From Eledone cirrhosa (taxonomy: Eukaryota): a DNA stretch of 64,000 bases. Of the stretch, positions 39,884 to 52,140 are shown piece by piece; positions within the stretch are counted from its first letter, which is position 1; each line of letters starts with the position of its first letter. The position numbers and the translations under genes are program-made. The notes beneath the pieces were generated by a model. That model saw only the letters and a program-made list of their open reading frames with translations. It was not told the DNA's origin and ran no database searches. The stretch is from the NCBI GenBank assembly GCA_964016885.1, contig OZ024761.1, positions 13,454,001 to 13,518,000 on the forward strand, in the 5' to 3' direction.

Positions 39884-40221
39884 CATCATCATCATCATCA
39901 TTACGTCCACTTTTCCCTGCCTGCAAGGGTGGGACGGGGACTGATTCTGGCTTGATTTCTACAGCTGGATGCCCTTCCTAACACCAACCTCATTTACAGT
40001 GAGTGCTGGGTGTTTTTTTGCCGTGGCACCTCCACAACCACTTTACAGTGGAATGATAGGGACCCCAGTCGTATCATCTCATTTCTACAGCTGAGTAAAC
40101 TGGAGCAATGTGAAATAAAGTGTCTTGCTCAAGGAAACAACACATCACCCGGTCTGAGAATTGAACATCACAATCTTTCGGTTGCAAGGTCAATGCTCTA
40201 ACCACTAAGCCATGTGCCTCC
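39884..40221 (-). mobile_element. Composite tRNA-head/RTE-tail SINE
   Basis: near identical to 16650-16970. Confidence 0.85.
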
Positions 40222-40367
40222 ATATATATATATGTAACAAAGAGGATGTGGTAAGACCATAATGCACCAGAGTCCTCAATACTTAGGGTAGTAGAGTGGG
40301 TAATAGGAAAAGAGTCAGGATCCCGACAGCTGAGTTCCAGCCGTTTCGACAGCTAGATCCGAACTGT

Positions 40368-40413
<46 letters not shown>

Positions 40414-40703
40414 TGTGTGTGGTATATATATATATATATGTTTGTGTGTGGTGAATATATTTATATATATAAGAATTTTCTGCACTATGGCCATCATCAT
40501 CATCATCATCATCATTATCGTTTAATGTCTGTCTTCCACGCTAGCATGGGTTTAGACAGGAATTGTCCCACTTGAGGCAAGATTGGTCGGTTGTTTTCTT
40601 TGTTTCAGTGTATATTTGTGAGTGTTGTGTTTCCACCATCTTAATCCATAAATTATGGTGTAAGCAGGATTAATGGGATTTCTTATAACATAATGAAGTT
40701 CTT

Positions 40704-40739
40704 TCTTCTGATGAAGGACTAGCGTCCGAAACGTTAAGA
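40704..40739 (+). ncRNA. Minimal type I hammerhead ribozyme (PLE-type, palindromic stem III)
   Basis: tctt-CTGATGA-a-ggac(tagc)gtcc-GAAAC-GTT-aaga; inverted, CpG-decayed copy at 40951-40986. Confidence 0.75.
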
Positions 40740-40812
40740 CCCTCTTCCTGCTATATCAAGCGTTAACCTAATATATACGTTCCATATACTGTACTGATTG
40801 TGTTGTTATTTC

Positions 40813-40853
<41 letters not shown>

Positions 40854-41295
40854 ATGTATATATGTAAAAGGTAAACAGAAATAACAACAGAATCGGTACA
40901 GTATATGGAAGGTATATATTAGGTTAATGCTTGATATAGCAGGAAGAGGGTCTTAACATTTCAGACGCTAGTCCTTCATCAGAAGAAAGAATGAGAAATA
41001 AGATAGATTGATGGACGCGCGAGATGGAATTGGAAAAAATGTCTTTAGATAAAAATAACAGCTCCATTCATGTTATATATATAATGTTTTTTTTTTTTTT
41101 TGTCCCTTTCATTTCCTCAAACCAAATACCTAGGAATCCACAACTACCCTGTACTAAACACACTATAATTATGCTATATATGATGTTGTCCAAGGGAAAG
41201 GCAAAGGCTGGTTCAACTTGGCACTAGTTACATTGTAGAAATATCCCATTTTGTTCAATGCACCTTCTGAAGGTTTCCTTCTTCATATGAATTAG

Positions 41296-41429
41296 AACTA
41301 TCGGAGTCATTCCTTTTCACTGATGAATCGAGAACACCGTAAGGTTGTACATGAGTTGACAGAGCATTTTGGTTACTCCACCAAGTCCTACAATAATGAA
41401 ACTAACCACAATATTGCAATATCTCACAA
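41296..41429 (+). pseudogene. NFX1: Isolated exon encoding an NFX1-type R3H domain
   Basis: ag|NYRSHSFSLMNREHRKVVHELTEHFGYSTKSYNNETNHNIAISH|gtaagt resembles recalled NFX1 SHSFPPMNRDHRRIIHDLA..G..S.SYD.EP.RNV. Confidence 0.7.
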
Positions 41430-41557
41430 GTAAGTAGCAATAATTCTTTCCATTTCAACTCAACTGAGTTAACCTCAGTTTATATATTAGATAACATCTC
41501 ACATATCAAGGTCTGTCTTTACATTGAAATTAAAAACCTTTCATCATTATTTTATGT

Positions 41558-41970
41558 AAGGGCGGTGGATTGGCAGTATCGGTAGAGGGTCGGACGCCAT
41601 GCTTTGTAGCATTGAGTTACAGTCCTTTGTGTTCTGAGTTCAAATCTGCCAAGGTTAACTTTGCCTTTCATCCTTACGGGGTCAATAAAATAAAGTACCA
41701 GTGATGCACTGGGGTAATCGCTGGCCTTGTGCCAAAAGTAGAAAGAAACTCTAGAGGGTGGTGGATTGGCAGTATTGGTAGAGGGTCAGACACCATGCTT
41801 TGCAACATAGAGTTACAGCCCTTCAGGATGTGAGTTCAAATCCCACTGAGGTTAACTTGGCCTTTCATCCTGAAGTGGTCGATAAAATAAAGTACCAGTC
41901 ACGCACTGGGGTCGATTTAATCGACTTTCCCCTCCTCCTATATTGCTGGCCTTGTGCCTATATAAGAAAA
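41558..41970 (+). mobile_element. Two tandem SINE family 2 copies
   Basis: same consensus as 22093-22285. Confidence 0.85.
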
Positions 41971-42078
41971 CATTATTTTATGTAAGAACCATCTTGTTTT
42001 CTGTCAAACACTATCTTAATATACCTATTTATATGTATATATATGTAGTCCTAGATACTGGCTTTACCATTGAAGATG

Positions 42079-43373
42079 TCATGCCATACCATCCAGCATG
42101 GCATATCATACCATCCAGCATGGCATATCATACTATCCAACATGGCATATCATACCATCCAACATGGCATATCATACCATCCAACATGGCATATCATACC
42201 AACCAACATGGCATATCATACCAACCAACATGGCATATCATACCATCCAGCATGGCATATCATACTATCCAACATGGCATATCATACCATCCAACATGGC
42301 ATATCATACCATCCAGCATGGCATATCATACCATCCAGCATGGCATATCATACCAACCAACATACCATATCATACCAACCAACATGGCATATCATACTAT
42401 CCAACATGGCATATCATACCATCCAGCATGGCATATCATACCATCCAACATGGCATATCATACCATCCAACATGGCATATCATGCCATCCAACATGGCAT
42501 ATCATACCATCCAACATGGCATATCATACCATCCAGCATGGCATATCATACCATCCAGCATGGCATATCATACCATCCAGCATGGCATATCATACCAACC
42601 AACATGGCATATCATACTATCCAACATGGCATATCATACCATCCAACATGGCATATCATACCATCCAACATGGCATATCATACCAACCAACATGGCATAT
42701 CATACTATCCAACATGGCATATCATACCATCCAGCATGGCATATCATACCATCCAACATGGCATATCATACCATCCAGCATGGCATATCATACCATCCAG
42801 CATGGCATATCATACCATCCAGCATGGCATATCATACCATCCAGCATGGCATATCATACCAACCAACATGGCATATCATACTATCCAACATGGCATATCA
42901 TACCATCCAGCATGGCATATCATACCATCCAGCATGGCATATCATACCATCCAGCATGGCATATCATACCAACCAACATGGCATATCATACTATCCAACA
43001 TGGCATATCATACCATCCAGCATGGCATATCATACCATCCAGCATGGCATATCATACTATCCAACATGGCATATCATACCATCCAACATGGCATATCATA
43101 CCATCCAACATGCCATATCATACCATCCAACATACCATATCATACCATCCAACATGGCATATCATACCAACCAACATGGCATATCATACCATCCAACATG
43201 GCATATCATACCATCCAACATGCCATATCATACCATCCAACATGGCATATCATACCATCCAACATACCATATCATACCATCCAACATGGCATATCATACC
43301 ATCCAACATACCATATGATACCATCCAATATACCATATCATACCATCCAACATGCCATATCATACCATCCAAT
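42079..43373. repeat. 22-bp minisatellite (catggcatatcataccatccar), about 59 units
   Basis: direct reading. Confidence 0.95.
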
Positions 43374-43478
43374 ATCCATTTATCTTCTGTTTACCTTCTT
43401 GCAAAGTACACATGTCGCCTAGCTTCGACTGAATCTTAACCATCTACTATGTCAGGGTATGTCATGCATCATCCTATT

Positions 43479-43534
43479 TTATCTGATGAGGACGTACTGT
43501 TAAACTTAACTCAGTACCTCTGAAATATGTATAA
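43479..43534 (+). ncRNA. Decayed hammerhead motif, related to 17880-17939
   Basis: cctattttat-CTGATGA-g..gtactg(loop)cagtac..-GAAA-tatgt-ataa. Confidence 0.5.
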
Positions 43535-43584
43535 TAAAGTATAATTGATCACAAGAATATCTATTTTGTTAATATTTTGAATTA

Positions 43585-43616
<32 letters not shown>

Positions 43617-43624
43617 AGGGAGTA

Positions 43625-43661
<37 letters not shown>

Positions 43662-43858
43662 AGGAGTGGCACCCCATCCTGAACTTGTTTATAGAATTCT
43701 TTCTGCCTTTGTTACTCTAAATATAAACTATAGCTTTGAAGAATTAGCTTTTAATGAATTCCCTTTTCTATCAACCAATGACCTCCACCCATCCCACTCC
43801 CCACCCTCTCCTACCACCTGAAGAGACCTATAAATACCATATTTATTTTTTGATACCC

Positions 43859-43909
43859 AGATTCCTGATGATTTCTAAAGAATGAAACAGTTCTAGTCCT
43901 GTAGAATCT
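43859..43909 (+). ncRNA. Type I hammerhead ribozyme with monomeric stem III
   Basis: agattc-CTGATGA-t-ttc(taaa)gaa-t-GAA-acag(ttctagtc)ctgt-A-gaatct; 6-bp stem I, GUA triplet. Confidence 0.7.
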
Positions 43910-44040
43910 CATCTATATTAAAACTTTTATACTCTGCAATGTATTGAGTACCTTAATTACTGCGGTTACCTCCGACTCAACCCGGAATAACGTATATATA
44001 TATATATATATATAAGGGAGTAATATATACATACATATAC

Positions 44041-44110
<70 letters not shown>

Positions 44111-44195
44111 GAGTAATATATACATACCTATACAGATATATATATATATATATATGTATGTATATATATATAAGGGAGTAATATATATATATATG

Positions 44196-44606
44196 ACTTA
44201 GTGGTTAGAGCATTGGCCTTGCAATCGAAAGGTTGTGAGTTCAATTCTCAGACCGGGTGATGTGTTGTTTCCTTGAGCAAGACACTTTATTTCACATTGC
44301 TCCAGTTTACTCAGTCCCTATCATTCCACTGCAAAGTGGTCGTGGAGGTGCCACGGCAAAAAAAGCACCCAGCCCAGACTGTAAATTCGATGTGTAAGCG
44401 CCACGGCAAAAAAGGACCCAGCACTCACTGTAAATGAGGTTGGTGTTAGGAAGAGCATCCAGCTGTAGAAATCAAGCCAGAATCAGTTCCCATATGATCA
44501 AGACAAGGTCACTTGACCTGGCATTGCCCACAACAGGACAAGCCGTCCAACTCATGCTAGTGTGGAAAAATGGACATAAAGCGGTGATGATGATGATGAT
44601 GATGAT
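44196..44606 (+). mobile_element. Composite tRNA-head/RTE-tail SINE
   Basis: A/B-box head, tccttgagcaagacacttt domain, tail similar to 11094-11360 ending in (gat)n. Confidence 0.85.
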
Positions 44607-44642
44607 ATACTCCAAGGTACATAGGACTATATATATATATAT

Positions 44643-44890
44643 CTAGGGCGGGTAAAATTTCTGAGATCCTTGGATGAGTTCTCTCCAGCAGTCTCTGTCC
44701 CTCATCATCCTGTCATGTCCTGCGTCTCCAAGAGACCGGTGTCTGTCCTTAGGCTATCAACATATGTCAACCTCAGTCGCCCTCTTATAGTGTGTCCATG
44801 CAGGGGCTCCCACAGGAGCAATGAGTGCAGTGTCAACTCTGAATATCGGTGAGCATGTCCAGCTAACCTCAGTCTCCTCTGTTTTACTTT
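44643..44890 (-). mobile_element. RTE-like LINE 3' fragment (family of 2534-3102)
   Basis: sequence similarity to 21690-21930. Confidence 0.8.
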
Positions 44891-45328
44891 TGACTATATA
44901 TAACTAAGGTATATACCTGTAGATGTATATATGTATATATATATATGTACAAAGCGAAGCCTACAGTCAGTAGGCACCTCTTAACCAAATATATACCCCA
45001 TCCCACTACCCCCACCCCCACCAACACCACCCTTCTTCTGTAAAGTTATGTTGGTACCACAACATCCATAAATGAGGTCGTGTAGGTGTCACAACAACAA
45101 AATACACAGTCCACGCTGTTATGTGGGCGTGTAGGTAACACGGTAACAAGGCTCCCAGTCCACTCTGTAAATGTGGTTGGTGTTACGAAGGGCATCCAGC
45201 CGTAGAAAACCTGCCAGTCAGTCCTACACTAGCGAGACACGGTCACCCAACTAATCTGGCCTCAAGTGGGACAACTCCCTTCTAAACCCATGCTAGCGTG
45301 GAAGATGGACGTTAAACGATGATGATGA

Positions 45329-45367
<39 letters not shown>

Positions 45368-45668
45368 TATAGAATGTAGGTCTCTAAACTTCTTCCATCT
45401 CACGGAGCCCTTTCTTCTGCTGCTACCTAGGTAGCAGAAACTATCAACCTCTTCTACTACACCTGTGCATATACAGTCTTCTCTTCTTGTTATTTTCAAA
45501 GTGTTTTCAATCAAAACTGGGCTAAAATTGTGACTAGCTTGTATTTGTTATAACTATATATAAATATATATATATATGTATGTTTATGTGTATATATATA
45601 AATCTGTTTCTATATCTATATGTACATGTATATACATATAAATCTGTATATATATATATATGTACATG

Positions 45669-45727
<59 letters not shown>

Positions 45728-46042
45728 GGGACTTGTTTCTTTCTTCTTCATCACTTTCTGCTGCTTAAACCATTTTGTTTGTTTACCCTAGCGTCCCCTT
45801 TATTTACGTGTCCCAACGACTTTTTTTAGCCGTTGCTCGCACCAACCTGAGGTATATGGCCTTTAATGCGACGAAATGCCTACGACGGTTGGAAGGCCAC
45901 TGATGAGGACAAACTTTTTCATATGTAACCCATTTGCAGCGCCTTTCATCCTTACGGGGTCGATAAAATAAAGTACCAGTAATGAACTGGGTAATTGCTG
46001 GCCTTGTGCCTAAAGTAGAAACAATTATCATATAAATATATA

Positions 46043-46328
46043 TCATCATCATCATCATCATCAACGTTTAACGTCCGTGTTCCACGCTTGCATGGGTTTG
46101 GACGGGGGTAGTCCCACTTGAGGCAAGAGTGATTGTCTTGCTCGCATAGGACTGTCTGGCTGGTTTTCTACAGTTGGATGCCCTTCCTAACACCAACCAC
46201 ATTTACAGTGTGGGTCTGGGAGGTTTTTACCGTGTTGCCTACACGGCCACATTACAGCGTGGACTGTGTGTTTTTTTGTCGTGACACCTACACGATCTCA
46301 TTTGTTTCGGCCTCTCATTTGTTTCGGC
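46043..46328 (-). mobile_element. RTE 3' UTR fragment nearly identical to 5546-5811
   Basis: direct comparison. Confidence 0.9.
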
Positions 46329-46651
46329 CATATATATAAATATAAGTAACAGCCGTACTAAGAGTGAGAAATGAAATTTCGTTTCATTTTTTCCATTTAT
46401 ATATATACATTTATATATATATATATATCCGTATGTAGTTGATGGACGAGAGAAAAAAGTACTCAATACAGAAGTAGAGTTGAAATATTTGTTTATTATG
46501 GTTAAATTGAGCACTTTCGTTTTGAATCCATAATCGAAAGAGATGTTTCAGTGGACAGCCAGTATTCAACTCCTCTGCTGTGGCCTAAGCCATTCTAGAG
46601 CATCATCTTTACCCTTGTACTGCTATGCCAGTCATTGGGTCTGCTCTCTCA

Positions 46652-47230
46652 CATCATCATCATTTAATGTCTATCTTTCACACTAGCATGGGTTAGGCAA
46701 AATTGATCAGGTGACTGTGTCTCGATCGTTTAGGACTGTATCTGGCAGGTTTTCTATAACTGGATGCCCTTCCTAACACCAACCACATTTACAGTGTGGA
46801 CTGGGAGCCTTTTTACCGTGTCTCCTACACGACCACATTTACAGTGTGGACTGGGTGCTTTTTATTGTGACACCTACATGACCACTTTACAGTGTGGACT
46901 GGGTGCTTTTTATCGTGACACCTACTTGACCACTTTACAGTGTGGACTGGGTGCTTTTGGTCGTGACACCTACATGACCACTTTACAGTGTGGACTGGGT
47001 GCTTTTTGTTGTGACACCTACATGACCACTTTACAGTGTGGACTGGGTGCTTTTTGTTGTGACACCTACAGGACCACTTTACAGTGTGGACTGGATGTTC
47101 TGTGGTACCAACACAACTCTATAGAGAAAGGGTGGTGTTGGTAGGGGTGGAAGGATGGAATAGGGATAGTGGGTTGGGGTGTATATTTGGTTAACCTACT
47201 GACTGTAGGTTTAACTTTGTACATAGTGAA
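46652..47230 (-). mobile_element. RTE 3' UTR fragment with 48-bp tandem array
   Basis: gtgacacctacatgaccactttacagtgtggactgggtgcttttt repeated about 5 times. Confidence 0.8.
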
Positions 47231-47318
47231 GGAGTGTCTTCTGTTTTACTGCATAGTCCCGTCTTACTATTTCTGCCGATGGTTTTACCATTCTTCATCT
47301 CCTTGATTACTTCTATAT

Positions 47319-48016
47319 ATAATAATAATAATAATGAAATTATTGTGTACAGTGCTCAGGTGCACTACAACTCATCAAAGGTGCATGTATAGTACATAGA
47401 ATAATGTTCAAATGTCAGGAAAATGAACAGTGTACGAGTCATGAAATATATGTGTATGGAGGGGGGAATATTAGGTGCAGTGTTGGCGAATCTCAGGAAG
47501 CATGGAAGTTTTAAAGGATGCAGTGTCTCAGCAGGTAGTTTGTTCCATGGAGGTTTTAAAGGAAGCAGTGTCTCAGCAACTAACAACTGATGCAGGTAGT
47601 TTGTTCCATGGAGGTTTTAAAGGATGCAGTGTCTCGACAGCTAACAACTGATGCAGGTAGTTTGTTCCATGGAGGTTTTAAAGGATGCAGTGTCTCAGCA
47701 ACTAACAACTGATGCAGGTAGTTTGTTCCATGGAAGTTTTAAAGGATGCAGTGTCTCAGCAGCTAACAACTGATGCAGGTAGTTTGTTCCATGGAAGTTT
47801 TAAAGGATGCAGTGTCTCAGCAACTAACAACTGATGCAGGTAGTTTGTTCCATGGAGGTTTTAAAGGATGCAGTGTCTCAGCAACTAACAACTGATGCAG
47901 GTAGTTTGTTCCATGGAGGTTTTAAAGGATGCAGTGTCTCAGCAACTAACAACTGATGCAGGTAGTTTGTTCCATGGAGGTTTTAAAGGATGCAGTGTCT
48001 CAGCAGCTAACAACTG
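47319..48016 (-). repeat. CR1 3' end followed by about 8 copies of a 61-bp unit derived from the CR1 ORF end
   Basis: unit ggaggttttaaaggatgcagtgtctcagcaactaacaactgatgcaggtagtttgttccat matches 32583-32643. Confidence 0.9.
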
Positions 48017-48164
48017 TAACCGGACAGCCTCAAAAGTCTCTCTTTTTATGTTGTCATTCTACTTTATTCAACTGAACTAGCGACATCATTCGATTTACAC
48101 CGGTACCTTGACAAAATCGTGATGGATATTCTGTTCGCATAAAGAAGTATATAATGTTTTATTT

Positions 48165-48785
48165 GCCATATATTAGGCTTTCTATAAAATTTATTTCTAG
48201 AGCCCCCCCCCGATACTTTTGAGACACAAAAATACGTTTTTCTATACGGAGGAATAACTTTACATACACATACAAAGCTAGATATATATATATATAAACC
48301 TTCTTTACTATATGTATTCTCCTAATGATTAAAAAAACTCCTTCTAGACACACACTTATCTCTATATATACATATGTTTGAAGAGGTATGTAATGTTTTA
48401 TTTGTCGTGTCTTAAATTCATTGCCAAACACTGGCAGATATTATTGAAAAAAAAATACCAACATTTTACTATATTCTATACACAAGAAGAATTTTGTAGA
48501 CGTACATATATATATATAAAGCTATATTTATATATAGACATTCTTTACTGTATACATCTTCTAAGAAACAAAACTCTACATATACCAATATTTATATATA
48601 CAAGCGGAGATACCAAAACATTTTATTTTCCTTCTTCAATCATTAGACACATAATTTCTTTTGAGATAAAAAAAAAAGAAGCAAACCTTCTTTCTATACA
48701 CATGCTTAGAGCTACATTTTATTATCCTATCTATATCATCATGTTTAAGTCGAGTTTGTTTGTCATCTTCTTTTGACCTCCTTAC

Positions 48786-48829
<44 letters not shown>

Positions 48830-50008
48830 GGTACACGTGGGCTCCTTAACTCTTTATCATTTACATTTCTCTATATTTACTATTTTTTTTGCAGTATTTT
48901 TGTGCTAAAAGCTTTATCTCACATAATATCGAATCTACGAGATTTTGATGATGTTATTATATATTTTGAGAACAATACCTTAATGCTGGTATAAGCAGCC
49001 AGTTTGAACAGAACGAGGTGTGAGAATGCTAAAGGGTTAAACTGTAGTGAAGGCAACCAGAAAAAAGCACCCCCACAGAAAGTAAGTGCTACCTAAAATG
49101 AAAGGGGCACCCCACAGAAAGAAAGTGTTACATAAAATGAAAGATGGACGGAATGACCAAATCAGGTTTACTTCTTCAACATCCTCTGGAAAGAAACAAA
49201 GTAGATATCAATCAATATAAAAAAACAATTGAAATTAATACATGCAAGATTACACAGCTCTAACATAACATCAATACTGTCTAGAGAAAGAAATGCTAAA
49301 CTTCTAAGCACACAGTTACATAACTAGGCTTGAGTTGGTAAAGAAATGCCAGGTAGACCTGGTAGTGGTGATCTCAAATTGCTGAGATTCACAGATGACA
49401 AACCAACCCGACTTAAAAATGATGATATAGATAGGATAATAAAATGTAGCTCTATGTGTGTATAGAGAGGTTTGCTTTTTTCATTTATCTCAAAAGAAAG
49501 TATGTCTAGTGAATGAAAAAGTACAAGAAGGAAAATAAACATGTATATATAAATATTAGTATATGTAGAGAGAAGATTTGTTTCTTAGAAGATGTATGTA
49601 TATATAGGGGGTTTCGTTCTTCAATAAAAGGTGTATACAATAAAGAATGTCTATATATAAATGTAGCTTTATATATATGTACGTCTACAAAATTCTTCTT
49701 GTATATAGAATATAGTAAAATGTTTTTTTTTTCCTTCTCAATATCTGCCAGTGTTTGGCAATGAATTTAGGACATGGCAAATAAAACATTACATACCTCT
49801 TCAAACATATGTATATATAGAGATAAGTGTGTGTCTAGAAGGGTTTTTTTATCCTTAGGAGAATGCATATAGTAAAGAAGGTTTATATATATATATAAAT
49901 CTAGCTTTGTGTGTGTATGTAGATTTATTCCTGTATATAGAAAAATGTATTTTTGTGTCTCAAAATTAGCTGCGGGTGTTAGAAATACATTTTATAGAAA
50001 ATCTAATA
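48165..50008. repeat. Inverted duplication, arms ~48165-48586 and ~49558-50008
   Basis: e.g. aaattcattgccaaacactggcagatatt versus aatatctgccagtgtttggcaatgaattt. Confidence 0.85.
48846..49040. mobile_element. piggyBac-type MITE (degenerate)
   Basis: TTAA..aatgctaaaggg-TTAA; body matches 23311-23535. Confidence 0.75.
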
Positions 50009-52140
50009 CAGTGAAATGAGAGAAATAGAAGAGAACAATATGGACTGCAGTCCAACTTACAGACAAAGAAGAATGACTTAGAAAAGGTAAAATAGAGTAA
50101 AACAGCTCTGGCGGTATATATATATCTTTATCATCATTGTTTTGTGATAGCAAGCTTTGGACAGGTATACATAGACCAAGTCAGTACTAAAGTGGGGCTA
50201 CTGATCTGTATCTCACTTACGTACACTTTCACATTCTACTGAGTGTACAGGAGAGCTTGTCATGTCTTTGACACAACTGAAGAGTCCTCCCAGCCCTTTC
50301 TTTGGCAAGCTTTCTACTGCTGGTTGCCCCTCCTATCACTGACCATTTTACAGCATGTACTGGGTGCGTTTATCGTATAGATCACCAACACTAGGGAGGT
50401 TGCTGTACTGAGGCACAACTGAAGGATCCTTTAAACCTCTTTTATATATATCATTTAACACCTGCTAGTAAAGGTTAGACATATCTACATAAACCAAGTC
50501 AGTACTGACCTCCCACACAGGCCAAGGGTTCTACATAGACCAACTCTGTACTGAAGAAGGGCTACTGACCTTCCAGAGGTCTACATACACCAACTCAATA
50601 CTGAAGAAGGGCTACTGACCTCCCAGACAAGCCAAGGGTTCTGTATCTCGCTTACATATGGTCATTTTGAGTGCAGAGAAGTTGTCATATCTTTTGACAC
50701 AAACTGAAAGATCTCCCTAACCCCTTGTTTGGCAAGTTTTCTACAATTGCTTGTCCTTCCGAACACCCACCACTTTACAGCATTCAGTGGTTGTTTTTAT
50801 TGTGTAGACCACCAGCACTAGGAGGCTGTCATGTCCTTTAGAAGAAATGAAAAAGCAAAAGTTTGGTTTATTTAATTCTTTTATTTCACATTTTTTTCGT
50901 CTTTAGACCAGACAGTTTATTTACTCTCCTTCAAAGATGGGAGTAGTATCTTCCTGTGTAGTGAAAGTTTAGTTTTGTTTCTCAGTAAAAAAGTAAAGCA
51001 GAAGAAAGATTAAGTTTATATATGTATGAGGGTTGATTGACCAAGATATTCTCATGGAATGACCAAATGAGGAAGAGTGGAATATTATCACTCCAAAACT
51101 GTTCAATATTATGGTGACTTTATGTGCCGAAGTCATCCAAAGCAAGGGCATCTATACTGAGCTGATTTTGGTTGCTATTTTTAGCATTAATATAAACCTG
51201 TTGTGTTGTCCTCATACATTGAGTGGGATATATTCATATAGTAATTCAGTATCACAACCTGTTGGACACCATGCAGTCGGCAACGACATGGTATATATTC
51301 AACTCCTGTTATTCCAAAGACTTCTTATCCTGATGATGGAATTGTCATTCTTCTAATGTATTGGAATGGTTAATGTTGTTTTCTGATGTCTGGAAACCAG
51401 GGTTGAGGAACTTTATAAGTAAAACTGACTTATTTTAGTCAGTCTAGCTCATATCCTCACAAAAAGAGATTTGGGCTTAAGTTTTAATATATATACAAGT
51501 AAGCAGGAATGAAGTTAAGGTTGAACCATAAATAAGCATTGAATGCTTCAACTAGTGAACCACCTGTAACTATAGTTACCTACCATATATATGAGTCCTG
51601 GGTTCAATTGGGGGGGGGGGGGTAACCATAGTAAAGTTCTCAATACATTAGTAGAGTGTATACAACAACATTTAATATAGAAATGGCTTCTACAGGTCTA
51701 GAACTGTTTCATTCGAAGGAAAACAGTTCTAGTCCTGTAGAATATTTCTATATTAAATTTGGTTATATAAATATATATGAGGATCCAAACAACCTATTTG
51801 ATTTGGATGTTTATGTTGGGTATGATATTTTAGTCCTGCCAAGGGTGAGGATAATGTTGCTGGTATTTTTGATAATGTTTTTCTCCTTCCTGTTGCAGCC
51901 TAGGGATACAACCAGACTCGAAGTTCCTGATCTCCAGTCCTTTCACTCCAAGGCCACTTGCTGAAATGTTTCATAAGGTATATTGGTTGCTGAAAGGTTT
52001 ACTCTTTTGTTTGTATATATATATAGAATCCGCCAATAAAATGTATACACACTTCGGGAAAAGATACATATATTCAATAATACATTTCTTGAATCAAGAT
52101 ATCTCAACATGGAAATTCATCTTTTGTATGTATATATCTA

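Noticed and set aside
41943-43439. Three overlapping 400-500-aa His-rich ORFs
   Set aside because: Translation of a 22-bp minisatellite lacking stop codons on the plus strand; all three frames give the same permuted peptide
45780-45915. Hammerhead in the repeat shared with 20765-20900 (ccaCTGATGAgg)
   Set aside because: Could not build stems II and III with a correctly placed GAAA
31714-48016. CRISPR-like appearance of regular arrays (106, 22, 48 and 61 bp)
   Set aside because: No unique spacers, no cas genes, eukaryotic context; most units derive from retroelements
51030-52000. Host gene exons on the minus strand
   Set aside because: Multiple stops; the only recognisable piece (IPYETFQQVALE*KDWRS) looks like a decayed LINE C-terminus
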